A stretch of 64,000 nt of DNA from an uncultured Nitrospinota bacterium (lineage in GTDB: Bacteria > Tectomicrobia > Entotheonellia > J063 > CAVPRW01). The stretch is taken from NCBI GenBank assembly GCA_963707985.1, contig CAVPRW010000031.1:192001-256000 (forward strand), read 5' to 3'. Positions 41,795-53,196 of the stretch are shown one piece after another. Numbering within the stretch: position 1 is the first letter of the stretch; the number at the start of each line of letters is the position of its first letter. The translations under genes were made by a program, and so were the position numbers. The notes beneath the pieces were generated by a model. That model made no database searches, had not been told where the DNA came from, and saw only the letters and a list, made by a program, of their open reading frames with translations.

Positions 41795-44700
41795 CGGGAG
41801 GGCAAAGGCTAGCACAACGGATTCCGTTGATTGTCGTTCTGATGACAGGGATGATCATGGGTTTCTATATCTGGAAGACATATGTTGATTATGTCCCAGC
41901 CTCCTATCCGCTCGATTTCAAACATGCACAATGGCTGGTCGCGTCCGATGAAGGCCCACAGGGCTACTTTCGGAAAGAGTTGTACATCGTGGGGCCTATT
42001 CAACAGGCATGGATAATGGTGGCTGCCACCGATTCTTTCTTTCTCTATATTAATGGTAAGGTTGTCGATGCTGCGTCTTATGGGTCAGTGAATGTTTCAG
42101 GCATCTATGATATTAGCCATGCTCTGCATCCTGGGAAAAATGTGTTGGGGATAATCGCCAGGCGGATGAGCTATCCGGGACCGGCTATGACGGCGGCGGA
42201 GGGCGCCTATCTGGACCAGATAGGCCGAGAGTTCCCCGTTTCGACAGATGCTTCCTGGAAGTTCTTCCCTATCGAACAAAGGCAGGCGGAGGGGGAAATT
42301 TCATGGCTTTCCGAGCTCTTCGATGCAACGTCATGGACGAGCGCACGGACAGCAGGACGACCCCGAGCAGCGGAGATCTACCCCCTGAGCGTGCATCCTC
42401 TGGCGTTGACCATGCCACCCCAGGGAAGTTGGATCGCACACGCGGGGTCTTTGCAGGATCAAGCCACCTTTTCCTATACGTTGAAGCTCCCCACTCGGGC
42501 AGATGATGCCTGGATTAGGGTTGTCTCGGCTCGTCCTTACTCTCTGGTGGTCAATGGTATGACCGTAGAAGGGGAGGCGCCGCCTGCCCAATTTCTCCCG
42601 GTCGCTGCCAGGGATTTACTTTCATTAAAGCTCGCCAATAGCCTTACGACGAAGTGGATGAGGTTATACGGCGTTGCCATCGGACAACATAGTGAGGAGG
42701 CCTCGACCGATCTATACCAGATTGCGCCGCTATTACGGGCAGGTGCAAATCATATCATCATCTCGTCTCGACCCGGGTTCTCACGCTATGTCCGGCCTCT
42801 TTGTGGATGGATTCGTGATCAACCATGGAGAGCCGCATACTTTTGGCGGCAACTCGGGTTGGACCGCGTCGCTATCCACTCCCAGGGCAAATGATCAGGG
42901 CTCAGGGCACTTCGGCGCCATCACGCTATCCGAAAGCGAACCGTTACCTGCTAAGAAGGTCCTCGAACCAGTCCTTCCTTTGGCTTATACAGTTCAGCGG
43001 GCAAAGACGTTGATTATAGCGTTATCTCTAACCTCCGGGTTAACCTTATCGTTTGGAGGGGGACCTCACGCATCCTCTATGCCATTCGATGGACCGATCC
43101 AGACGAGGCCAGCAAAGCGGATGCGTTGGCGCATCTTCCTGTCCTCCTTGTCTTGAGTGCATTGTACCTCTTGAGCTTTGATGTGCGGGTTAACCCCACA
43201 TTTCCATTTCAATGGTATGTAGTCTGGTTCTCAGCAGCAGCCCTGATGTTCTTCAAGGCTATCCTGATAATCGAGGCGTTGTGTCATAAGGCGTCAGATT
43301 TCCAGGCTCAACGCTTCTCGAGCTCCGATTGGTCGTCTTCCTTCGCGTTACGTTTGCGAAGCTTCTGCTCCTTGTTTTGATAGGGACCGGCGCCTTCCTT
43401 CGCCTCCACGGTCTGGACATGCAATCGCTCTATCATGATGAAATCCACATGCTTACCTTTGTCAAGGGGCTCCTTGCCAAGGGCTATCCCCATAAAATGC
43501 TGGGTCCCGTCGAAATCCCCCTGGCAACATATGAGCTTGTCCCGTATCCTATAGCACTGTCAGTTAAACTCTTCGGGTTCAGCGATTTTGCTGTAAGGTT
43601 ACCCGCGGCTCTGTTCGGGATCATGACGATCCCCCTGATCTATATCATCGGCCAACAGATCTTTGATCGGAGAGTTGGCCTACTAGCTGCGGCGGTCTAT
43701 ACCTTCTGTCCACAGGCGCTGATTTGGGCGAAGTATCTTTGGCATCCCCAACAGGCCCAGTTCTTTGCCCTTCTGACTTCCTATCTCTTTTTCCGGGCTA
43801 TCCGCCTTACACCAATGTCACCACCCTACCTTTATCTAGCGGCCATCTCCTTCATTCTGACCTACCTCAGTTGGGAGGGTGCTGGCTTTCTGCTTCCAGC
43901 ACTGGGAATCGGACTGGTGGTGGTCAGAGGTAAAGATTTTACCTGGCTCAGGGAAAAGCATTTGTGGATCGCTATCGGCTTGATAGGTGTAGTAGTCGTA
44001 GTTCAGCTGTCCCGTCGAATCCTTCTACAGCTTCCCTATCTGGTGGTCGGGACTGGTCTGAGTGATGTTAGTCTACCGACCCTCTATTTTCTGGATTCGA
44101 TGTACGATCCGAGCTTCTACATTAAGAACTTTCTCTGGCTTGAAAACAACGCCCTGTTGACTCTGATTCTGATCGGTGGGCTACCCCTCATTTTCAAGCA
44201 AACGGGATTATCCTATTACTGTGCTCTGCTTTTCTCCCTCATTTTTTTCATGACAAATCTTCTCTCACATGCAGCCATCCGCTATGCTTATTATTTTGAG
44301 CCTTTTCTAATTCTTCCTGCATCGGCAATTACTGTCTATATGTTGGACTACGGCCTTCGTTTTTTAACATATAGTGGTTTTCATACACTCTCACTGCTCA
44401 AAAGATTTGTAACTGCTACACTTATTATTATAGTCATTCTGGGATCAAGCCCTTTTCTGAAAATGTATCGTCTCACTGGTTTCATAAATCCGTCTGGTAT
44501 TCACACGAGAGATGATGCCTATTATATTGACTATCGTACCTCTGTTCAATACCTTAAATCTCACTATCTAATTGGAGATCTGGTTATCGCAATTTTGCCT
44601 GATGCCGTTTCTCACTATGCAGATCTCGAATCTCACTACTACGTGCAGCATTATACCTTTCGACAAGTCTTTTATGATCCGTCAGAGTCCTCGCTCTATA

Positions 44701-44910
44701 CCTTGAGAAGATGGAAGGAAAGCCAACTCTTACAGATCTGAATGCATTGTGTGAGACCATTAGCAGACCATACAAGAGCGTGGATTGTCGCTGTCCCATA
44801 TAGTTCTCTTCCACTTCTAATGGGACCTGAGGTGAAGGAGATATATCGAAAAACGGGGAAAGGTAGTCTATGAGAGTTATAATGCGAAGATTTATCTGCT
44901 GCAGAATTGA
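41791..44910 (+). CDS. GT-C (ArnT/PMT-like) glycosyltransferase with two N-terminal beta-sandwich domains; frameshifted
   Basis: YFRKEL..LYING..LHPGKNVL domain twice, then LRLHGL..SLYHDE and FAVRLPAALFG; ORFs 41791, 42674, 43126 and 43329 overlap in sequence. Confidence 0.72.
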
Positions 44911-45950
44911 TTGGTTAAAGCAGTATTGCAACCGACTTAGTGCATCAACGATTTTGATCATCTCCTTAGCCTGTCTATAATCTTTTCCTTAAATCTTTTG
45001 CGGGGAGCATCGACACCGGTGAAGATTTTTTCGCTTCAGCCCCTGGATATTTCTCTCGAAGCGAATGCATCTAAACTGTCCGAACTCAGGGATACCGACA
45101 TATACGGGATGAGCTGGCGCTTCAGATGGAAGACGATCGAACCCGCCGAGGGGGAGTACAATTGGGAACTGATTGACAAAGCCATTCAGGTCACCAGCAA
45201 CGCTGGCAAGAAGACCATGTTGCGGGTGACCGCAGGCATGTTTACCCCTGAACTGGGTTTATCAGGCCGGAGCCAAGGCCGTTTGAGTTTAGCAATACAG
45301 ACCTAGCCTACCCGGAGAATTTTCCCAAAACTGCAACGATGCCCATTCCATGGGATGAGGTCTATTTGGCCAAGTGGGAGGAATTTATACATGCCTTCGG
45401 GAGAAGGTATAAGGGGAATCCCCATATCTATAGCATTCACATGACCGGGGGTGGACATATCACGGAGATGAATCTACCAAAAGCACATGCGAAGTGGCAG
45501 CAGGCTGGATATTCCGATGAGAAGCTCATTGCAGCCTGGAAACGGATTATTGATGTCTATCAAAAGGCCTTTCCGAATACTCCGACGAATCTTAATATCG
45601 GTGAGCCCCTCGGCGGAAATCGAAGCCACGTCTTAAAACCGGTCGTTTCCTATGCTTTGGCAATCTTTCCTCAAAAAGTATACATCCAACAAAATGGACT
45701 TAAAGCTGATTTGCCATTTAGCAATGTAATGAGGCAGATCATCCGAGAGGCTTCAGCCGACACCATTGTAGGGTATCAAATACTGGGAGGGAAAGGGTTT
45801 ATGGATCAACAGACTGGAGATCGGCTAACAGCCTTTCGGAACGCGTTGGAGGATCATGTGAGCTATGTAGAGGTCTATGCCAGTGACGTGAAGGATCCAG
45901 AACGCAGAAAGGCTTGGCTGTTTCGTGCTGCTCCAAAAGAGGGACGTTGA
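44911..45950 (+). CDS. Secreted GH42-like (clan GH-A) TIM-barrel protein; frameshifted
   Basis: WKTIEPAEGEYNW, LRVTAG..TP, PIPWD..YLAKW, IQQNGL; start approximate. Confidence 0.7.
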
Positions 45951-46086
45951 TTCACAAAATGGCTTGAGCTGAGCCGGTGGGTGAGCTAGTGAAGGAGCCA
46001 AACCAATGTACTCGACAGATGTGATTTGGAGCAGTCCAGCCCTATCATACGTATACCCTTGCCGTGTGGTCCGATTTAGAGGCCTG

Positions 46087-47388
46087 ATGCAGAGAACAGC
46101 GATAAAGCTGAAATCGCTGCTGCGAGGCTCACGCATCTTTTTAGCTCTAGCTTATCTTGTTATCCTTTGCGGAAGCATGCCCCCCGAAGCCCATTCCACA
46201 GAGGTGGGCCTGACGCATGGGCCCTTGGTGGGAGCTGTCAGGCCGACGGGCGCAACAATCTGGGTTCGCACCAATAGCCCCGCGAAGGTGCAGGTCGAGT
46301 TCAGTACAGCACCGGATTTCCTAGATTCGGTCCTAAGCGAGGCCGTGGAAACGGCTCAATCAAGGGATCTGACTGGCAAGGTACGGCTGTCCGGCTTGCA
46401 CTCGAATACGCAGTATTTCTACCGAGTGTGGGCTAATGGGATGGCTTTGCCAGGAACATACGAGCTCAAAACAAACCCGAGTGATTCGGCAATGAAGAGT
46501 TTCTCTTTCACTGTGGTATCCGACTTCATAACAACATCAGCGCCTGCGTATGCCAAAATAGCCGGTGAAAACCCTCCCTTCGTGATTTTTCTCGGCGATT
46601 TTAACCATAGTGACCCCGCAACGCTTTCAAAAATGCGGGCAATGCATCGGCAGATGAGGGGTAGTGAATCGAATGCAGGGAAGGATTTTACGAACTACAT
46701 CAGGCAGTTTCCCTTCTACCATGTGTGGGACGATCATGATTTTGGGAAAGATAACGCTGACAAGACATTTCCCGGGAAGAAGGATGCATTGAAAGCGTTC
46801 CACGAATACTTTCCAACTCCATCTCTTCCAAGCCAGGACGGAATTTGGCATCGGTTTCGATATGCTCAAGCGGAATTTTTCATGCTGGATCTCCGTTCCC
46901 AGCGAGATCCGAACGATACCCCGGATGGGCCAAACAAATCGATCCTGGGGGCCGATCAAAAAACATGGCTCAAGGATAGCCTACTGAATTCGACAGCCCG
47001 ATGGAGGTTCCTCCTAAGCACTGTCCCATTCAATCCAACAACGAAGCCGTTAGACGGCTGGGGGGCGTTTCAGACAGAGCGTACCGAACTCATCGACTTT
47101 ATCCAGGGGAATCTGATCGGAGGCGTGATTGTGATTTCAGGAGATATTCACTCTGGGGGGGCGCTTGATGACGGAACAAACAGTGGGTTCCCGGAGATTT
47201 CCGTGCCCCACGCAAATATGAAACCCCCTCACTGCTGGACGACACAACAACCGGGAATCTGGAGTGAAGGGATCATCTGTGGCATTGACAATCCTGGCTA
47301 TGGGAGCATTACCGTCACACCTGATTCGGTGACCCTAAAAGTCAAAGGAATTGATGGAGACGTCCGGCAGGCGCTCCAAATACCCTAA
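46087..47388 (+). CDS. PhoD-family metallophosphatase
   Basis: HGPLVGAV, LGDFNHSD, WDDHDF, LDLRSQRD, ISGDIH; N-terminal signal/TM. Confidence 0.9.
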   Translation: MQRTAIKLKSLLRGSRIFLALAYLVILCGSMPPEAHSTEVGLTHGPLVGAVRPTGATIWVRTNSPAKVQVEFSTAPDFLDSVLSEAVETAQSRDLTGKVRLSGLHSNTQYFYRVWANGMALPGTYELKTNPSDSAMKSFSFTVVSDFITTSAPAYAKIAGENPPFVIFLGDFNHSDPATLSKMRAMHRQMRGSESNAGKDFTNYIRQFPFYHVWDDHDFGKDNADKTFPGKKDALKAFHEYFPTPSLPSQDGIWHRFRYAQAEFFMLDLRSQRDPNDTPDGPNKSILGADQKTWLKDSLLNSTARWRFLLSTVPFNPTTKPLDGWGAFQTERTELIDFIQGNLIGGVIVISGDIHSGGALDDGTNSGFPEISVPHANMKPPHCWTTQQPGIWSEGIICGIDNPGYGSITVTPDSVTLKVKGIDGDVRQALQIP

Positions 47389-47479
47389 TCCGACTTTTCG
47401 GCCGGCTATGCCAAGGGGAGCTGGCCAGCCGCCAGCACCCTAAATCAGTCCACACAAGATTGGTACAGTATGGTACCTC

Positions 47480-48080
47480 AGAGGTCGGTCAGATTGGGGC
47501 TTCTGTCAAGCGTGTGTGCCAATGTCGTGTGGTTCGATTTAGTTGCAGTTTCCCGCGCATCCGCTCCAGCATGAGCCGCATCCACCTTAGCTCGTGGTGG
47601 CAGGGCCGGCCGGGTCATACGGCGTCGAGCTGGCGGAAGGTGAAATACACCGGGATGACCAGCGTGGCATCGCTATTCGCGACCAAGAGCAGCAGACCAT
47701 CAAGTCCTTGCCGGATCCAATGTGCTTGACCACACCACAAGGTTTCCACTAGCTTCAAGTGGTGGTCAACCTTCTTGAAAACGCAGTCATAACCTTTCCA
47801 TTTCCACTGCTAGCGACGGTAGATGCTGAGACCCTTGTCCTCCACACGCTGCGAGAAGGTTACCAGCAGCTCCTCACCGCTGCCCCAAAGTGCTTCACCC
47901 TCTTCCGTTTAGACAAGGCGTCCAGGAACATGCCGGGTCAGTGTTGGCCCCAGACGTGCACTTGGGTCAGCGAAACGGTGATCCGGCACCCAACGAACGC
48001 CGGGAACATCAGGCCGATGATGTTTTCCAGCCGCTTCGCTGACGCCTACAGTTTTCACTGTATCTTCTGGGGCTGAGGAG
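47480..48080 (-). pseudogene. Heavily degraded DDE transposase
   Basis: QWKWKGYDCVFKK, GQAHWIRQGLDGLLLLV..DATLVIPVYF with many stops. Confidence 0.55.
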
Positions 48081-48095
48081 GAGTTGCGATTTTTT

Positions 48096-49447
48096 GGCTC
48101 TTCGCCATCATTGAGGCCAAGCGTTAAGGCTGGCCACAACTGGCTAAAATGCGCTTTCGCCTATTGTGTTCATTTCGTAGACCATACGCCATCCGCTGGA
48201 TCAGCTTGATCTTGTTGTTGAATCCCTCGGTCATGCCGTTGGTGTAGCGGTGCCGAATGTAGCGGACAATCGGATCGAACCAACGCGTCAACGTCCCCGC
48301 AAGCCGTTGCAGCGGCTCTTGGACGCTCTGGCTCGCTCGCTCAATCAGCTTCAAAAGCGCCTCTCGGGCGGGTTTTTCATATTTGCGATCGAACCACCTC
48401 CGCAAGTCCTGCACCCAGTCGATGCGTTTCGCGCAACTCGGGAAAGCGCCGGCGCCACTCGTAACGCGCGATCAACTCGTCTACATTGAGCTGATCGGCT
48501 GACTTCAGCCAGCGTTTGCGCAGCTTCTTGAGGGCTTTGGCTTCCTCGTCGATCGAGCTGTTTTTGCACCGAACGCAAGACCTCGTCAAGTGCATCCACA
48601 GCCTGCTGGATCACATGGAAGCGGTCAATGACTTGCACCTGGTCGCCAAAGACCTCTTTGATCGCCGCAAAGAAGGTCTTGGACATATCCAACACGACGA
48701 CTTCAACTTGGTCACGTTCGTCTTGAGGACGGCTGTTGAACCAGGCGATGACCTCATCGGCGCGTCTGCCCTTGAATGTCGCGATCGGCTGGCCTTTGTC
48801 CAAGTCGACGATGCAGCGTATTGTAGTGGTGGCCCTTGCGCCGGGCGTATTCATCAATGCCAAGGGCTCGACCGAGCTTTCTGGGGCGACCACCACGACT
48901 TCTTTCAAAGGTCCAGCGAAACACGGTGCGTTCGGAGAGACCATAGCGACGGGCCAGTTCTCTGCACGGGCACCCTCGCAGGTATTCCTCTCGCACTCGG
49001 TTGTAGAGACGCTCGGTCCACTTGACCCGCTCGCCGAAGGTCGCACTCGTTTCCCAGGGCCGATGTGGGCAATCCGGGCACTGAAATCGCCTCAGATGCA
49101 GCCACAGCATGACGGGACGCTCCAGGATGGGCAAGTCGCGGATACTACCGCGGCCGACTCTCCTTGACCCGAGCAGTCCGTCTCACATCGGGGACACACG
49201 ATAGCATCGATCGTGGCGTTCGAGGTGCAAATCGAGCTGACTGGGGCCTCATGACCTGATTGATGACATGGAATTCGGGTAAAGCGCAGCAGCGCTTCGA
49301 TACAATTGAAATCCATGAGCACGGGTTCCTCCTTCTGGGGGTGAGTGTTAATCCAGAAGTTTGCGAGGAATCCTGTGCTTGTCAATAAGCGGCTCTCAGC
49401 CCCTGACTATCGAGCTCAGACACTGGCCTCAAACTTGGCGAAGAGCC
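48096..49447 (-). mobile_element. ISL3-family insertion sequence
   Basis: Terminal IRs GGCTCTTCGCCA...TTGAGGCCA; 8-bp target duplication GATTTTTT (48088-95 and 49448-55); transposase motifs GIDE, LDM, IDRFHV, TEGFNNKIK (frameshifted). Confidence 0.95.
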
Positions 49448-49560
49448 GATTTTTTTCATCTAGAAAGGAGGTGATTTAAAGAAAGCTTCTATTATTACAG
49501 CGTGTGATCCAAAGAGCGGGTAGGTTGTTACCAAGTAATACTGAATAGAGGAGAAAGTAC

Positions 49561-49972
49561 ATGGAGAGGAAGCCAGAGACGAAGTACAGTCGCTGGATTA
49601 TTACAATCATAGCCTTGAGCTTGATGGTACTATGGTCATTCGGCGGACCTTGGGTTGCCAGTGCAGATGATCCAGGGGCCATCTGCGTTATGCGTTTGGC
49701 GTCAAACACTACCCCGATCTTGAGCGTTATAGTGGATCAACCAAATGATTTCAATATCGCCATATCCACACCTGCTCGTAAGGTTATCAAAGTACCAGTT
49801 CGCTGCGACATGCTTGAAACACTCGCGCTTGGTGTGGCCAATCAAGGTGACAGCACAAACGAAACTAACTGTAAAAGTTTACACTTATGCTGGCCTCGAA
49901 TTCTGCTCCAAGGGCCCCTTCCAATTGGAGGCTCATGGATCGCAGGGGGTGATTTTCAGTGATTGTCAATGA
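49561..49972 (+). CDS. Secreted 4-Cys protein ending FSDCQ (paralog 1); frameshift near 49860
   Basis: Signal peptide ending ASA; ORFs 49561 and 49745 join. Confidence 0.7.
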
Positions 49973-50084
49973 TTCAATACTGCCGTGAAATACCACAGAG
50001 AAAGTCTCAACATGTGGAAAGGTATCCATGACTTTTGTGGTTCTTAACCGGCACCTTTGCAAAGTGTATTGGAGGAAATGAGTG

Positions 50085-50491
50085 ATGGGGAAAAACGCTA
50101 GTCGGATGTATCGTCAATTGACTCTCATTTTGATAGCCTTCTGCCTGAGTGTCTTATGGTCACTCAGCATCTCCTCAATTGCACGTGCAGAGGATCCTGA
50201 TGCGATCTGCGTCGTGAATGTCATCGCCGAAGGCAACGTTTAAGTATTCTGGTAAACCAACCGCAAGGTTTCAGCATTGCAATCCCCTTACCGATTGGCA
50301 AAGATGTCAGCGCACCACTCCCATGCAGTAGTGTCGAATCGGCAGGGGTTGGCGTGGCCAACCAGACTAATGCCAATATAAATGCTGCCGTGCGAATTCT
50401 TGCCCATGATGGGACGTTGATTTGCTCCAGGGGGCCGTTCGTTCTCGCAGTTAACGGAGGGAGAGGGGTTACCTTTAGCGATTGCCAATGA
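50085..50491 (+). CDS. Secreted 4-Cys protein ending FSDCQ (paralog 2); two frameshifts; absent from the ORF track
   Basis: Hand translation: signal peptide ending ARA, EDPDAICV..NQPQGFSIAI..LPC..GVANQ..CSRGPF..GVTFSDCQ. Confidence 0.7.
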
Positions 50492-50750
50492 ACTGATCTC
50501 GTAGATGCAAAGTACGGGCAGCAACGCGTCCGGTCCGGGCTGCAAAGACGAAGATGTTAGTGATGTGATGCATGCCGGGACGGCCGGAAAACCAGAGGGG
50601 GGTCTTCATGGCGGGAAGCGTAAATCCCCCTCTGCCACATACGAGCATTACGGTGCTCTATCGTTAACGACCTGTCCCAGATGAACTCTTCCTGGTGACA
50701 TCAATCATATGCATCGACGTCTTAGTAATATTGAGGTTCTCTGATTCAGA

Positions 50751-51866
50751 TTAGGGCATGAGAACATCAGCCGCATAGCTGATCACATCTGCAAGCACTG
50801 GATTAAGAATATCCTGCTGATAAATTTCTTGATAGCTCATACCATACTCTGCTCCTGTACGAACTGCTTCTTGCAACACCGTTATAGGGTCACATGGTTT
50901 TATACCACTATTCATTTTGCAGCTTGAGTCATTCGTAACATACCACAACATTTGTCCTGCAACGTCTGGCTGATTATCAAATATGATCTGCCAGTTACCA
51001 AGGACCGAAATCAGCTCAGGGTCAGGGGTATCGGCGGACAACGAATTCTTTTGCACGATAAATCTACCAGGATACTTCTTAAATGCATGATTGACTACAT
51101 TTCTGGGGACATAGTTTTGATCTGGATCCAGCTGATTTGAACTTCCATTAATTGCTAATAAAATGATCTGATGGGGAAATGCTGTCATTGTAGCATCGAC
51201 TAGCTGGTTACAGGTATTCACGAGCTTGTCTGAAGTATATCCTATCAGCCTTCCAATTTGTTACGTCAGTTTTCGTGGAAGGGACATTCCAGATCGTCGG
51301 TGATAGCATTAGCACAGGAAACCACCACCAATTCAACTTCTGGATTGCCAGAAAAATGCTGCCCCATAGCGGCGATAAGGTTTTTCTTCTTTTTCAAGAA
51401 TGGGGTCCCAGAAGACTGGAATCGTCAGGGTCTGGCCATAAGTATCATGATAACGAATCGTATCCACAAAGGAGAACGTCTGAACACCAGCATCAAAAAC
51501 CCATTGTGGAGTGTTTTGTCCTCCTGCGGAAATACGAAGGAGGGGGTCGGTTTTACCAGCGTTCATTACACGAGTAATTTGGCTGTCGAAATATGACCAA
51601 TTATAGACACCTTCCGTTGGCTCAACTACCTGCCATTGGCTTCTGATCGATACACCCCCGACGGACGGGTGGCCCAAAATTGCAGCATTGACTGGTTTGT
51701 TAGGTGGAGTGAGACTAAACACGCCGCGTGGCACCTCGGCTGGGTATGCATTGGCGATGGACAGTAGTAGAGCGATGCTAACTGAGACCATACTGCTGAA
51801 CAGCGAAGCGACAATCCGAGCGCGCCACGCCCCTGCAGATTGAGACAAGACTGAAGCTGATACCAT
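50751..51866 (-). CDS. Second secreted GH42-like protein; frameshifted
   Basis: WQVVEPTEGVYNW, LRISAGG..TPQW, PVFWDP, VQKNSL, GQM, YQEIY; similar to the 44911 gene. Confidence 0.72.
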
Positions 51867-52390
51867 AGAGCACCTCCGCGTTGTGAGCGTTTTGTCAGCC
51901 GTGCAACAGGCACAGCCCGGTGGAGGTGCTGTGTGCGCCCGGCAACCCTCGCCTACCATATCCAGGCAAGCCTGGACTTAGGCCAGTAGCTTTGCGTCCC
52001 AACCTTTCGGATGGTTTGCCCTAAACGGGAAACGAACTTCGTGGTTCCTTCCATGGAATATCGCAAGGGACGTACCACATTGCGCTTGCACCGTGAAAAC
52101 CAACACGCGCCAGGAATTGTGGGATCAAACCGCAAGGATGAGAGGCCGACTATCGGAAGATTCCTTGCCCAGGAAGGCAAAATCTACCGGGCGTTCTTCA
52201 GCCAATGAACGGTGATGAGTGGATCCGGCAAGCTGCGGCAAACCGTAAACCTCGAGAGCGCACCACATCGGGGTAGTGGGCATCGCAGCATAGGCCTCTG
52301 AGTCGGAGAAGGGGGCTGCATCGATGCCGAGTGGTAGGAATGCGTTCGGCAGGAGGAAAGAGGGATGCACAATAAAGGAGGGGGGAATTG

Positions 52391-53131
52391 ATGGGATTCA
52401 CCGTCTGGTTTACCGGGCTTCCGAGCTCGGGTAAGAGCACGCTGGCACGCCTGCTTGAGGAGGTGCTGGGGCTGGTGCAACGGGGACAGCGTGTGGAGGT
52501 GTTGGATGGCGATGAAGTGCGCTTGCGCCTGTCGCGTGGTCTCGGCTTTTCCAAGGAGGATCGCGACGAGAATATTCGCCGCATCACCTACGTCGCCAAG
52601 TTGATCACCCACTGTGGCGGAGTGGCGGTCACGTGTGCCATCTCTCCCTACCGCGACCTGCGTGCCGAGGCGCGTCAGGAGATCGGCCGCTTTGTCGAGG
52701 TCTATGTCAAGTGCGCCCTCGACGTCTGCATCGACCGCGATGTCAAAGGGCTCTATGCCAAAGCCCTCCGCGGTGAGATCGCTGCCTTTACCGGAGTCTC
52801 CGACCCGTATGAAGCACCACTCGCCCCCGAAGTGGTCGTCGAGACCGATCGCGAGTCTCCCGAGGAGAGCTTGACGAAGATCCTGCAGCGCCTGGAGGCG
52901 TTGGGGTACATGGCAGCGACACCTGTCAATAGCATGCGCTCGTTGCTATTGCCGCGCTATCTCATCGAGGCTTTGGAAGTACAGGTGCCCGATACGCCCT
53001 TTCGCGATGTGACAGCGTATGTGACCCATCTCCTCACCCAGGTGCTTGAAGAAGAGCCAGCCTTGGCCCTCTCAGCCGACGAGACCGCAATGGTCAAAGC
53101 GCGACTCCGCGATCTTGGGTATTTGGAGTGA
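52391..53131 (+). CDS. cysC: Adenylyl-sulfate kinase with C-terminal RHH-like extension
   Basis: [39 protein letters not shown]; extra ~65 aa ending RLRDLGYLE. Confidence 0.95.
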   Translation: MGFTVWFTGLPSSGKSTLARLLEEVLGLVQRGQRVEVLDGDEVRLRLSRGLGFSKEDRDENIRRITYVAKLITHCGGVAVTCAISPYRDLRAEARQEIGRFVEVYVKCALDVCIDRDVKGLYAKALRGEIAAFTGVSDPYEAPLAPEVVVETDRESPEESLTKILQRLEALGYMAATPVNSMRSLLLPRYLIEALEVQVPDTPFRDVTAYVTHLLTQVLEEEPALALSADETAMVKARLRDLGYLE

Positions 53132-53196
53132 GACAAGGACCAGCGAGGCTGTGGTCAAGGACCGCTATTTATCACCCCTATGACAAAGGAGGAGCT

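Noticed and set aside
51960..52380. Short ORFs between the GH-like gene and cysC
   Set aside because: No recognisable motif or clear RBS
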